DNA from: Candidatus Marinacidobacterales bacterium
Lineage (GTDB): Bacteria > Acidobacteriota > Vicinamibacteria > Marinacidobacterales > DATDRI01
Assembly: GCA_965226495.1 (NCBI GenBank)
Contig: OZ245365.1
Location: forward strand, 2,624,001-2,688,000
Direction: 5' to 3'
Length of the DNA stretch: 64,000 bases
In this document: positions 28,310-38,673 of the stretch, one piece after another
Position numbering within the stretch: position 1 is the stretch's first letter
Layout: each line of letters begins with the position of its first letter
Made by a program: the position numbers and the translations under genes
The notes under the pieces: model-generated
The model's input: the letters and a program-made list of their open reading frames with translations, nothing else
Told to the model about the DNA's origin: nothing
Databases searched by the model: none

Positions 28310-30127
28310 GTGAGCACTTTGCGGGTCACTTGCCTCGTCTGGCTGGTCGGGGCCGCAGCCCTCGGAGCGGCACGACTTGCGAGCGCGACCGAGATCCACC
28401 AGTTCGATGTTTCGATTGTCCTCAACGCTGACAGCACCTTCGTCGTCACCGAAACGATCGAAGTCGACTTCGGCAACCTGCGGAAGCACGGCATCTTCCG
28501 GACGATCCCCATTGACTACGACCGGACGGAGACCGTTGCGGGCGTCCCGATAACCGCTCGCTACTCCATCCGTCTACACGTCTTGAATGTAAGGGACAAG
28601 AGCGGACGCTCCATTCCGTTCACCACCAGGAAGGAAGGCCGCAACGTTTTCGTCCGAATCGGTGACCCCCGGCGGACCATCACGGGCCGCATCAGCTATG
28701 TGATCACCTACAACGTCCAGAGGGCGATCAATCACTTCGAGAATCACGATGAGCTCTATTGGAACGTGACCGGGACGGAGTGGGACTGGCCGATTCATTC
28801 CGCCAGCGTGCGGGTCCGGTTGCCAGCGGGCGTAGAAGCCGAACGTCTGATGCACAAGACGTTCACCGGTCGTTGGAGCTCGAGAACGACGAACGCTACG
28901 GAACAACTCACCGAGGACCTCTACTTCGCCGAAGTTGCCGATTTGGAAACGGGCGAAGGTCTCACCATCGTTCTCGGTTTTCCGAAAGGAACTCTCGCGC
29001 CACCGTCCGCATTGCAGGAATTCTGGTGGACTATTGCCGACAACATTCTTTTCTTTCTGGTAGCCCTCGTCCCGCTTTTCGTGCTGTCCGTCTTGTCGTG
29101 GTTCTATCTGCGAATTGGCCGCGACCCCGGTCGTCGGACACCGATCGTGGTGCAATACGAGCCGCCGGCCGAGCTCTCACCGGCGGAAGTCGGTAGCCTC
29201 ATAGACGAGACGATCGACACGCCGGACATTGTCTCTACCGTCATCGACCTCGCCGTTCGAGGGCACCTCAAGATCCACGAGGAAAAAACGACGAAGCTCC
29301 TCTTCCTGTCGGAAACCGACTACCTTTTCGAGAAGCTCAAAGACGACCTCGAAGACCTGTCTGAGCACGAACGCGAGTTCTTGACCGGACTTTTTGGATC
29401 TAGCGACTCCGTTTGGCTGTCCAGCCTGAAGAACGAGTTCTACACGACCATCCCCCCGATCCGGAAGGCCATCACCCGCCAGATGCTGGCGAAGAAACTG
29501 TTTCCCAGTGACCCCGAGAAGACTCGCAGCCGCTATTTCATCGTCGGCATAGCGGCCGCCGTAGTCCCGTTTTTCTTGGGTATCTTCCTTCACAAGACAG
29601 GTGTCGTGACCGTCGGCGTTCCCTCGCCAGTAGGCGCGTTCCTCGTTTTCACCGTCCTCTGCTTGGTTTTGACGTTCATCATCATCCGGTCCTTCTCCAG
29701 AGCCATGCCTTCGAAAACACGAAAGGGAGCCCGCCTGGCCAGATACTGCCTGGGCTTCAAGGAGTTCATCGAACGCGTCGAGAAAGACCGCATCGAGCGG
29801 ATGGCCAAGGACGACCCGACTCTGTTCGAGCGGGTTCTTCCCTACGCCGTTGTCCTCGGCGTTGCCGACGAATGGGGCGAGCGGTTCGCGGGCCTTTTGA
29901 GCGAACCCCCGGACTGGTACGTGTCTCCTTCCTGGAGCCACGGGTCCTTCCATCCGGGAGACATGGTGAACAACTTGGGTCGAGGCATGCACGCCATGGG
30001 CTCGACCTTGACGTCGCAACCGAGTAGTAGCGGGGGCAGCGGGGGCGGAGGCGGCTTCAGCGGCTTCAGCGGTGGCGGCGGGTTCAGCGGGGGCGGCTTT
30101 GGCGGGGGCGGGGGCGGAAGCTGGTAA
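28310..30127 (+). CDS. DUF2207 membrane protein
   Basis: HGIFRTIP, DELYWNVTG, LPYAVVLG and a GGGGGGSW tail. Typical lemA partner. Confidence 0.88.
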   Translation: MSTLRVTCLVWLVGAAALGAARLASATEIHQFDVSIVLNADSTFVVTETIEVDFGNLRKHGIFRTIPIDYDRTETVAGVPITARYSIRLHVLNVRDKSGRSIPFTTRKEGRNVFVRIGDPRRTITGRISYVITYNVQRAINHFENHDELYWNVTGTEWDWPIHSASVRVRLPAGVEAERLMHKTFTGRWSSRTTNATEQLTEDLYFAEVADLETGEGLTIVLGFPKGTLAPPSALQEFWWTIADNILFFLVALVPLFVLSVLSWFYLRIGRDPGRRTPIVVQYEPPAELSPAEVGSLIDETIDTPDIVSTVIDLAVRGHLKIHEEKTTKLLFLSETDYLFEKLKDDLEDLSEHEREFLTGLFGSSDSVWLSSLKNEFYTTIPPIRKAITRQMLAKKLFPSDPEKTRSRYFIVGIAAAVVPFFLGIFLHKTGVVTVGVPSPVGAFLVFTVLCLVLTFIIIRSFSRAMPSKTRKGARLARYCLGFKEFIERVEKDRIERMAKDDPTLFERVLPYAVVLGVADEWGERFAGLLSEPPDWYVSPSWSHGSFHPGDMVNNLGRGMHAMGSTLTSQPSSSGGSGGGGGFSGFSGGGGFSGGGFGGGGGGSW

Positions 30128-30185
30128 TATTCCGCAGGTCTAAACTGACTCTCCGTTCTAGTGATCGGGGCCAGGAGGACGTTCA

Positions 30186-30542
30186 ATGACCGACAACCGT
30201 GCACACGGCTGCACTGTGTTCCCTCTTGAAGAGTTAGAGGAGGAGCCGTCCCGAACCAACCAAGGCGCTTTCTTCGCTCGTATCCTTGGCGAAAACCGCC
30301 CCGAAGCGTGGGCACTCTACAAAGCACGGATCGAGCCTGGTTGCGAGTTAGCCCCCCACTCTCACGCGGTATCCGAGACTTTCCTTGTCGTCGAGGGGAC
30401 CGTGCACTGTGTCCTGGAGGAGGTCACGATCCAGGTTAGATCAACGGAGGTAGGCCGCCTCGAGAAGAACGTCGTTCACACCATTCAAAACCGAGGCGAT
30501 ACGGCAGCCATCATGCTAACGATTCTCTCCCCCGACCTGTAG
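30186..30542 (+). CDS. Cupin domain protein
   Basis: PHSH..SE..LVVEG and H.IQNRG motifs. Confidence 0.8.
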   Translation: MTDNRAHGCTVFPLEELEEEPSRTNQGAFFARILGENRPEAWALYKARIEPGCELAPHSHAVSETFLVVEGTVHCVLEEVTIQVRSTEVGRLEKNVVHTIQNRGDTAAIMLTILSPDL

Positions 30543-30575
30543 GCCAGTCTAGGAGCAGTCATTTCAAGCACTGAC

Positions 30576-32111
30576 TCATTCGGAGAAGTTGACAGGTATA
30601 CTGGCACCCTTGAGCATGCTGATGAGCCCGGTCTTGTCGGTTGCCTTCATCCAGGCTTCTTTCGGCTCTACTTTCTTATCTTTGACGTGCGCCAATAGGC
30701 TGTCATTCATCGTGGTCATGCCTTGCCGCTTCGATGTCTGCATGATCGAGGCGATTTGAAACGTCTTTCCCTCGCGGATCAAGCTGGCGACGGCCTGGTT
30801 ACCGAGAAGGATCTCTAGCGCCGCGAGTCGACCCCCGCCTGTCTTCTTGCACAGGACCTGGGCTACCACTCCCTTCAGAGCGTCGGAGAGCATCACTCGG
30901 ATCTGGGCCTGCCGGTCTGAAGGAAACTGGTCGATGATGCGATCGACAGTGGAGACCGCTGTCGTCGTGTGAAGAGTGCCGAAGACCAGGTGCCCGGTCT
31001 CTGCAGTCTCGATAGCAATGGCGATGGTCTCGAGGTCACGCATTTCTCCGACGAGCACGATATCGGGATCCTCGCGAAGTGCAGCGCGCAGTGCGTCCTT
31101 GAACGACTCGGTATGTCGGCCGACCTCCCGTTGGTTCATAAGGCATTTCTGGTTTTGGTGCACGAACTCGATGGGGTCCTCGATGGTGATGATGTGATCC
31201 GATCGGTTCTTATTGATGTAATCTACCATCGCGGCCAGCGTGGTCGATTTTCCGGAGCCGGTAGGGCCGGTGACGAGCACCAGACCCTTGGTCAGGTTGC
31301 AGAGATCGAGCACTGGCTTGGGTAGACCGAGTTGCTCAGCGGTCAAAATGTCGAAGGGGATTTGACGCACCACGGTCCCGACCCCCTTGCGATCTTCGAA
31401 CACATTAACCCTGAATCGGGACACCCCCGGGATCTCGTAGGCCAAGTCGGCGTCTCTTCTGGTCTTGAAACGCTCCCGAACATCGTCGGACATGATGGGC
31501 AGGAGGAGATTCTCGATTCTGTCGGAAGTGAACGTTCCTCGATCGTTCAAGAAGCGAATCTCACCGTCGACCCGCATCACGGGCGCAACGTCGGCTGAGA
31601 GATGCAAGTCAGACGCACCCTCCGAGACCATCGATTGGAGAATCTGGTCGAACTCGGAGCGACCGTTCCCCGCCTCCACACTCACTCGCGTCTGAGTCAC
31701 CGGTGACGTCCCTCCATTCGTCGGCTGCACACCTTGCACTGTCCCACCATTCGGCGGGCTGGGTGCAGTTGGGGTTGGGGTGGATGGCGGATCAGGGGCC
31801 TCCTGGCTCGACGTCGGTACGCGTCGGAGCTGGATGGCGATCGTTCCATTCGGGCGATGAAGAAAAATCTCGTAGGTCTCCCCGCCATGCGTCACAGTGA
31901 CCGTCTTCGGAGTCTTCGCTAGAGACTCTACCCCGTCCGGTCCGATGACGCCTTGGGCGGTGTTCTCCAGAATCGTTTCCTGAAGCGGCTCTCGTCCCAG
32001 GTCCCGGCGCTGACCACCCTGCAGCATATAGATGCGTTCTCCGACCTGGAGGTGCATTTCCTGCGCGTCGTGTTTCTTCAACGCATCCAGTAGGGGCGCG
32101 ATCTGTGACAC
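30576..32111 (-). CDS. pilT: PilT/PilU retraction ATPase with N-terminal extension
   Basis: ASDLHL, GPTGSGKST, TIEDPIE, LREDPD..LVGEMRD, TGHLVFGTLH. Confidence 0.9.
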   Translation of the reverse strand: MSQIAPLLDALKKHDAQEMHLQVGERIYMLQGGQRRDLGREPLQETILENTAQGVIGPDGVESLAKTPKTVTVTHGGETYEIFLHRPNGTIAIQLRRVPTSSQEAPDPPSTPTPTAPSPPNGGTVQGVQPTNGGTSPVTQTRVSVEAGNGRSEFDQILQSMVSEGASDLHLSADVAPVMRVDGEIRFLNDRGTFTSDRIENLLLPIMSDDVRERFKTRRDADLAYEIPGVSRFRVNVFEDRKGVGTVVRQIPFDILTAEQLGLPKPVLDLCNLTKGLVLVTGPTGSGKSTTLAAMVDYINKNRSDHIITIEDPIEFVHQNQKCLMNQREVGRHTESFKDALRAALREDPDIVLVGEMRDLETIAIAIETAETGHLVFGTLHTTTAVSTVDRIIDQFPSDRQAQIRVMLSDALKGVVAQVLCKKTGGGRLAALEILLGNQAVASLIREGKTFQIASIMQTSKRQGMTTMNDSLLAHVKDKKVEPKEAWMKATDKTGLISMLKGASIPVNFSE

Positions 32112-32129
32112 ATATCCTCCTGCGGTTCG

Positions 32130-32618
32130 TTACAACCAGACCTTAGCGATGTATCGCTTGTTCACGTACGTCACACCATCCTCAACCTCGAGCGGTATAA
32201 ACATTTCCGTCATGTTGAAGAAATCCGAGGTGCGCCTTCTTTCGGGTGGCAAGATGGAAGCCAGGGTGCCCTCTAACACGACGTCGTCCATCATCTCGAT
32301 GCGAATGAGGTCCACGCAGGGAGCGGAGTTGGCGTCGGTGCGAGAAAGGATTGGGGCGCCATCGCCCACCTCGACCCTTTGTAGCGAGTCGAGGTTAACG
32401 AGCTGGCGCTTGCCGTTGGTCTTGGATTCGACGGGAATGAACCGTCGGGAGCCATTGAGGAACTCGTCGAGGCTTTCCGGCGCTCTCCGCGGCTCTGTAA
32501 CCGTCGCCAGGAAAAGGGTCACCTCCTCCTGCTTCCCGTTGGACAGAATCAGCTTGGCATCGACCGGCCGGGTCGGCAGTCGATACACCGCGGCAGAGCT
32601 GCTCTCGGTCGAGCTCAT
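32130..32618 (-). CDS. Hypothetical protein with two internal repeats (DUF6812-like)
   Basis: DEFLNGSRRFIP...VN and SDFFNMTEMFIP...VN. Start taken at ATG 32618. Confidence 0.6.
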   Translation of the reverse strand: MSSTESSSAAVYRLPTRPVDAKLILSNGKQEEVTLFLATVTEPRRAPESLDEFLNGSRRFIPVESKTNGKRQLVNLDSLQRVEVGDGAPILSRTDANSAPCVDLIRIEMMDDVVLEGTLASILPPERRRTSDFFNMTEMFIPLEVEDGVTYVNKRYIAKVWL

Positions 32619-33208
32619 CACAGACCTCGATCGTCTTCTGCTCGGGGTAGGCTGGCCCCCACTGGGAAGACGGGTGGATTTGTAACTGTTAAAGGGTTGC
32701 TGAAATAGAATGCCAGGTCGGTGCCGCTTTTTCAAGTACCAGATGAGCCCGGAACAAGCCCCGCTCACCGCATCTTGAACTCCAGCAGCTCGACGAGCTC
32801 TCGCGAGGCCCCGTACCGTCACGGCACGGCGGCGCACGTAGGGCGCCTCGTCATAGGCCCGTGGTTCGGTGAGATACGAGAGATCGTCGCGGTCAAGCGA
32901 CTCCACATCGTAGGTGGACATAGCCATTCCCGGAGGGAGCTCGCCTTCCAGCTGCGGACGCTCGGTTGTGCCAGGTGGCGCTGAATCCAGTTCGAGAAGA
33001 CACCCCTATTCGGCAACATCATGACGAGGAGTTTGCCTCTGCCAATGGGAAAGGGCGACATGCTCGGGAAGCGGAACAGATTCTCGTAGAAAATTTGAGA
33101 TTCGCGTGGGTCAGACGAGGGAGCTTACCGAATCCGCGTTCCGGGCGCAAAGCGGCAACCAACCCCACCGCGGTTTTGAACTATAATCTGCGCCATGAAG
33201 GAGGCGAC

Positions 33209-33643
33209 ATGAGTCGGTATACAGTGACCCGGACGATCAACGCACCCGTCGATCGGATCTTCGAAACGATCTCCGATATCAATAACTACTCCCAGGCCGT
33301 CCCCCACATTGTCAAGGCGGAGATACTGTCCGACGTGAAATCGGGTGTGGGAACCCGCTTTCGGGAAACCCGGCTCATGGAGGGCAAGGAGGCGACCACG
33401 GAGCTCGAAGTAATCGAGTACGCCAAAAACGAGCGGATTCGCATGGTAGCCGATAGTCAGGGGACGGTTTGGGACTCGGTGTTCACAGTGAAGCCAGTTG
33501 ATGGCAAAACCGAGCTAACGCTGACGATGGATGCGAAAGCTCATACGGTAGCGGCGAAGCTCATGACGAAAATGATAGGCGGCATGATTCGAAAAGGGCT
33601 TGAAAAGGACATGGACTGTGTTAAGACCCATTGTGAAAAGTAG
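33209..33643 (+). CDS. SRPBCC/START-like protein
   Basis: TINAPVDRIF, GVGTRFRETR and an AGGAGG RBS. Confidence 0.85.
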   Translation: MSRYTVTRTINAPVDRIFETISDINNYSQAVPHIVKAEILSDVKSGVGTRFRETRLMEGKEATTELEVIEYAKNERIRMVADSQGTVWDSVFTVKPVDGKTELTLTMDAKAHTVAAKLMTKMIGGMIRKGLEKDMDCVKTHCEK

Positions 33644-33656
33644 ATTTCCTTAATCC

Positions 33657-35258
33657 TTGGGGGCATCACTGGAGAGTAAAGTCGGCGGCACCTATGCGAA
33701 GTACGTTCTATTCGTTCTCGTTCTGGTATATATCGCCAACTTCGTCGATCGGCTCATCATCTCCATCGTCGCGGAGGAGATCAAAGCGGATCTCGGTATC
33801 AGTGACGCCCAGCTAGGTTTTCTCTCCGGTACCGCCTTCGCCGTTTTCTACGCTGTTTTTGGGCTTCCCCTGGGAAGACTCGCAGATCTTTGGGTGCGAA
33901 AATCACTCATCTCCATCGGGCTCGTTTTCTGGAGCGCCATGACCGCGCTTTCGGGTACGGCGAGGAATTTTCCCCAGCTCGCCGTCTACCGTTTCGGCGT
34001 CGGCGTCGGGGAGGCAAGCGCGTCCCCGGCGGCATTCTCCATTCTTTCAGACTACTTCTCCCCTAAAGTAAGAGCGACTGTCCTCGCGATCTATTCCGCT
34101 GGCGCCTACATTGGCATGGGATTGGGTATCTTCGCAGGTGGCTGGGTTGTCGACGGCTGGAAGGGGGCGTACGGTGTGCCGGGCACCGCGCCGTTCGACC
34201 TCGTAGCATGGCAAGCGGCATTCCTGATCGTCGGACTACCCGGGATCTTGCTGGCCGTTTGGGTGTCTACACTCGCTGAGCCACGGCGCGGCCAAAGTGA
34301 AGGCATCTACACACCGCCACACCCCCACCCGTTCCGGGAAGCGGGGCACGAGCTGATGTCTATCCTGCCTCCATTCACGTTCTACAAGCTGTACCGCTCC
34401 GAGGGGGGCACCCGGGCCCTTGTGACCAATCTCGGATTCTTACTACTGCTATTCGCCGGAGGCGCCGCACTCGCATCTCTGACCGGAAACCCGCAGCAAT
34501 GGATCGTGGTGGGAGCCGGTTTCTACGCGACCTTTTCCTGGGTACAGAACCTCGCTATCCGAGACAATCCAACCTTCACCATGATGTTTCGATCGAAGGC
34601 GTTTTTGTACTCGGTGATCGGTTTCCCATCGATCTCTTTCGTGGGCTACGGGGTCGTGTTCTGGACGCCAGCATTTTTCATTCGGGCCCATGGTGTGGAC
34701 GCTTCCGAGGTGGGAACCATCGCCGGCTTGTCGATGATGGTGGGTGGAGGGCTTGGTGTCGTGTTCGGTGGCCTCTGGGCGGACCGTTGGAAGAAAACCA
34801 ACCCTCGGGCCAGGATACTCATCGGGCTGGTCACTGTCGCACTGACGACTCCGGCGGCGCTCCTTCTCTTCACCACCAGGAACGTTCACTTGGCTTACGT
34901 TGCCAATTTTCTTTTCACGGGCTTTTCTGCGATGTGGGTGGGGGCGGCGACGAGCACCATCAATGATCTCGTCATGCCACGAATGCGGGCCGTCGCCTCG
35001 GCCTTCTACTTCTTGATGAATACGCTGGTAGGACTGGCCCTAGGCCCGTTCATGGTGGGGCAAGTGTCGGATTGGCTCATGGGGCAAGGGTATACGGGAG
35101 TGGAATCTCTGCGAGCAGGGCTGCTCTCGTGTCTGCTGTTCTTGTTGGTGCCGACCATTTGCTTCATCGCCTGTTTGAGGCATATCGAAGCGGACGAGAA
35201 GAGCCGGCTGGCACGGGCACTTAGCGCCGGTGAAGAAGGCCTCCAATTGGCCGAGTAG
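33657..35258 (+). CDS. Spinster-type MFS transporter
   Basis: NFVDR, GRLADLWVR, GVGEASASP. Confidence 0.88.
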   Translation: MGASLESKVGGTYAKYVLFVLVLVYIANFVDRLIISIVAEEIKADLGISDAQLGFLSGTAFAVFYAVFGLPLGRLADLWVRKSLISIGLVFWSAMTALSGTARNFPQLAVYRFGVGVGEASASPAAFSILSDYFSPKVRATVLAIYSAGAYIGMGLGIFAGGWVVDGWKGAYGVPGTAPFDLVAWQAAFLIVGLPGILLAVWVSTLAEPRRGQSEGIYTPPHPHPFREAGHELMSILPPFTFYKLYRSEGGTRALVTNLGFLLLLFAGGAALASLTGNPQQWIVVGAGFYATFSWVQNLAIRDNPTFTMMFRSKAFLYSVIGFPSISFVGYGVVFWTPAFFIRAHGVDASEVGTIAGLSMMVGGGLGVVFGGLWADRWKKTNPRARILIGLVTVALTTPAALLLFTTRNVHLAYVANFLFTGFSAMWVGAATSTINDLVMPRMRAVASAFYFLMNTLVGLALGPFMVGQVSDWLMGQGYTGVESLRAGLLSCLLFLLVPTICFIACLRHIEADEKSRLARALSAGEEGLQLAE

Positions 35259-35305
35259 ACCACAAAGGAGGTTGAAGTCGCGTTGAAAGAGACCTGCGGG
35301 ATGGG

Positions 35306-37726
35306 CTAGGCGATCAACAACGCTTCTTCCTCAACCCAGTGCGCTAGTAGTTGCCGCACGCGGTAGGAATCTACTGCGAAAGTGGCTTCGCACTCCGCCG
35401 GAGTCGCTCCGGAGATTACTTTTTCCCACAAGGAATTGCTGAATTCCTCGTCTTCACCTTCCAAGGGCGTCGTCGGCTTCTCCGTGGGTTTCAGCGGGGC
35501 CTCGTCAGGGACCAACGCCGCAGCCCGATTCCACTCGTCGTGACGCCGAACTCCTTCGAGGATCAGGTTCACGATCTGCTGGGGCGCGCCGAGCGGTCCG
35601 TGTGAGGATTCGATGTCCTCGCGAGTCGCAAAGGCGAAGGTCCCGGGGAAGGGCTTCACGAAGAGCTGATAGACGGCGTCATGGCCACTCAATTCTCCAA
35701 AGCGCGCGCCTCGGAACAAGCCCTCCTCGAACGCGAACGTTGCCTGGAGCGCACCCTCGGAATTTAAAAGACTCAGGACGCCGGTTTGCGGTATCTGACT
35801 CAACATTTGAAGGACGGTCGGGAGTCCAAATAGATCCAGGTCGCCGCTCAGGCCGGCTGCCGCAGGCTCACTCTCCTTGTCGAAACCGGCCAGCGCCTTG
35901 GCAGCCGCTTCGGCGAATTTTTCCCCGGGATGCTTCTTAACGATTGCCTCCATCAGTTCTCGGACCTCGGGAGCCGGAGTACCAGCCAACGCCTGGACGA
36001 GAGCTAGCCTCTTCTCGTCGTTCTTCTTGATCTTGAATCCCAATACAGACCGCATCTCTGCCTTGAGCGCCCCGACGAGTCTCGCAAGCATGTCCTTCTT
36101 GTCAGACAGGTCGTGATGGCCGGCGGCGATCAGTCGGGAGACGGTGTTCCCAAGGCCCGTCTCCGTCTTCAACCCGTGATCGATGAGAGCTCGCCACGCG
36201 CGCGGAGACCCGTAGCGGGCAAGAGCAGTGCAGGTGCGTTCGATAAGCGCGTCGATCTCTTCGAGTGAATAGACGCGCGCTTCAGGTTGCAGGAGCATGT
36301 TCTCGAAGACTTGCAGGTAGGCTAGCAATGTCCGCTCCGCATGCTCGTGCTCGCTCTGCGCCAGGAACGCGATTGCCTGTTTCACCATGGGAGCCGGACT
36401 ATCTTTGTTGCAAGCCCGCATGACCAGATTCACTTCTGCGCCGACGCTCGCGTCTTCGGGTCGTTCGATGATCCGCAAGAGGTAGATGAGATTCATCTGG
36501 AAGAATGGATCGACGTCCATTCCGGGCGCGATCGATGCGGTGAGTAACTCGAGGGCCTTGGCCCGCGCCGCGGACTGATGTATTTCCAGTATGGTCAGGA
36601 GCTCGTGTCGTCGCTCGCGCGATGCTTCACCGTCGAGGGCGTCGAGCAAGGCGTCAGGCTGTAACTTCTTGAATAGCCCAAGAACCTTCCGCAAGGCCGG
36701 CCGTGAGTCCGGGCGGTCGGAGAGTGACTTGACCCGTTCGAGGTTGAGTTTTTCGTGGCCGGTGTTGCGCAGGGTGTCCACGAACATCGGCTGAATCTTT
36801 CCCTCTGCAACGAGCTGCAAGGCTAGCTCGGCCATCGTCGAGGCTCTCCCGAGGTGGCCTTGATTGAACTGCTCGACCGTGGCCTGCACCAGCTCTCGGT
36901 ACCTCTTCCCGACCTCGGACTCGTCTTCGGCTAAGAGGACGATCTGACGGATCGCGTTCAAATGAGCACCCGCGGCAGGAGGCCCCGTTTCACCGTCTGT
37001 TGGCGGCAGGCTACCCCACCCCGGCAGACCGTCGGAGATGGCTTTGAAAAGATTGCCGCTGGCAGTGTCGATCCCGAGCTGCCGGAGCGGAGCGAGCCGC
37101 TGCTCTAGTTCTCTTACCGAAGAGGAGCGGACCGCTGCCGTCGTCACGAATTGGGACGCGAGCTCGTGCTTTCGCTCGGCCGCGGCATCCGGCTGGAGCT
37201 GCTGTAGCTGAAGTTGTTCCAGGAAAAGCGAAAGACGACGTAGGGCAAGTGTCGCTTCCGGGGTTAGAGGTCCTTCAATCTCCGAACTCACCGCGTGGGC
37301 CGTTCCCGTGGCATCACCTTGTCGATGCATCGTCTCGAGTGGCCCGGTTTGGACCGGCATGGTCTCAGCGACCTGTTCGAGGTTCCGACGAAGGTTGTCG
37401 CGATCTGCTTCCGGACAGAACTCGAGCACCGCCTCGCTCAGGTCTTTCAAGTACCCAGCGAGTTCGGTCTTAGAAACCAGGTCGAGCTCCCCCATGACCG
37501 CGAATTTCTTCACAGCATGGAATAGGAAGTCCGCCGCGGACACGCCGGGCGCCTGCGAGGCCTGTGCCCCTTTCCACCGATTGATCTCCGGTGCGAGGGC
37601 CGAAGCCGGGTATTGGAGAAGAAGCTCTGCGGAATCCGTGAACATGAGGGGAGCGATACGGTCGGAGAGATATTCGTGGAACTCCGAGACCGCGATTCGC
37701 ACTTCCGCGTTATCGACGGTTTCCAT
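35306..37726 (-). CDS. Large helical (HEAT-like) protein with C-terminal DUF4388-like domain
   Basis: GLSGDL..FGLP.VLQML...TGVL and G.F.F...LILEG.RR.DEW. Confidence 0.65.
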   Translation of the reverse strand: METVDNAEVRIAVSEFHEYLSDRIAPLMFTDSAELLLQYPASALAPEINRWKGAQASQAPGVSAADFLFHAVKKFAVMGELDLVSKTELAGYLKDLSEAVLEFCPEADRDNLRRNLEQVAETMPVQTGPLETMHRQGDATGTAHAVSSEIEGPLTPEATLALRRLSLFLEQLQLQQLQPDAAAERKHELASQFVTTAAVRSSSVRELEQRLAPLRQLGIDTASGNLFKAISDGLPGWGSLPPTDGETGPPAAGAHLNAIRQIVLLAEDESEVGKRYRELVQATVEQFNQGHLGRASTMAELALQLVAEGKIQPMFVDTLRNTGHEKLNLERVKSLSDRPDSRPALRKVLGLFKKLQPDALLDALDGEASRERRHELLTILEIHQSAARAKALELLTASIAPGMDVDPFFQMNLIYLLRIIERPEDASVGAEVNLVMRACNKDSPAPMVKQAIAFLAQSEHEHAERTLLAYLQVFENMLLQPEARVYSLEEIDALIERTCTALARYGSPRAWRALIDHGLKTETGLGNTVSRLIAAGHHDLSDKKDMLARLVGALKAEMRSVLGFKIKKNDEKRLALVQALAGTPAPEVRELMEAIVKKHPGEKFAEAAAKALAGFDKESEPAAAGLSGDLDLFGLPTVLQMLSQIPQTGVLSLLNSEGALQATFAFEEGLFRGARFGELSGHDAVYQLFVKPFPGTFAFATREDIESSHGPLGAPQQIVNLILEGVRRHDEWNRAAALVPDEAPLKPTEKPTTPLEGEDEEFSNSLWEKVISGATPAECEATFAVDSYRVRQLLAHWVEEEALLIA

Positions 37727-37982
37727 GTGTTGTTAGCTCGGGCGGTCGAACATTCGAATAGGGACAGCGTGACTCCAACGTCCGATGGACATCGTCAGCC
37801 CCTCCGGGGAGGTTGGTCATCTCCCGAGGCGAAAATGCGCTTCCAGTTAGTTATATCCAGGAATAACTATAAGTTATCATGCGAGTCTCCTTCTTTCAAT
37901 CCGAGAGAGGGCAGCAACTCGAGACCAGGACAACATTTTCTTGGCAGTTTCTGTTGCGTTTCGAACTCATCCCTGCCTATAA

Positions 37983-38000
37983 TTCATACGAACGTTTGAT
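37983..38000. promoter_or_regulatory. Putative TetR operator
   Basis: Imperfect palindrome TCATACGAACGTTTGA 14 nt before the TetR start codon. Confidence 0.5.
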
Positions 38001-38013
38001 TGGACGCTAACTT

Positions 38014-38673
38014 ATGCCCATAGAGACAGATACGCGGATTCTTCTCCTGGACGCCGCGGAGCGGCTCTTCGCCGAGGCGGGCTTCGCAGCAACCTCACTG
38101 AGAAACATCACCTCCGCGGCAGGGGCGAATCTCGCGTCCGTGAACTACCACTTCGGCTCCAAGGACGCCCTACTCGAAGCGGTCATCCAGCGGCGGCTCG
38201 CCTTGGTAAACGACGAGCGTCTTCGACGGCTCGACACGCTCGAAAAACAGGCGGACACCGAATCCCTAAATCTCGAAAGCGTTCTCCGATGCTTCCTCGA
38301 ACCTCCCTTCGAAAAGATGCGCGAGTGGGGTGAGAGCGGGCGACTCTTCATGCGAGTGGTCGGTCGGATCCAATCCGATACGAATCCCAAGACCGAGGCG
38401 ATGTTCCTCAAACAGTTCGAGGAGACACTCAAGCGGTTCACGTCAGCCCTGCAGCGGGCACTGCCCCAACTGGCTCCCCAAGAAGTCAGTCGTCGACTGC
38501 ACTTCGTTATCGGCGGCATGGCTCACACGTTGGCCTGGAGCGAGAAGATCGCCATGCTCTGCGGCCAGAATCACACGGAGGCGCTTTCGTCCCAACTTCT
38601 CGAAGACTTGGTTCAATTTTCCGCTGCTGGCATGGCGGCTCCTGTTCCAGCCCTGGACCGCAAGGAGAGATGA
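38014..38673 (+). CDS. TetR/AcrR family regulator
   Basis: LDAAERLFAE.GF..TSLR.IT..AGANLASVNYHFGSK. Confidence 0.93.
   Translation: MPIETDTRILLLDAAERLFAEAGFAATSLRNITSAAGANLASVNYHFGSKDALLEAVIQRRLALVNDERLRRLDTLEKQADTESLNLESVLRCFLEPPFEKMREWGESGRLFMRVVGRIQSDTNPKTEAMFLKQFEETLKRFTSALQRALPQLAPQEVSRRLHFVIGGMAHTLAWSEKIAMLCGQNHTEALSSQLLEDLVQFSAAGMAAPVPALDRKER

Noticed and set aside
30020-30127. G-rich repeat or G-quadruplex
   Set aside because: It simply encodes the usual Gly-rich tail of DUF2207 proteins.
32620-33200. Long N-terminal extensions of ORFs 32130..32927 and 32966..33643
   Set aside because: Better starts exist at 32618 and 33209. The interval may hold a gene remnant but I cannot assign it.
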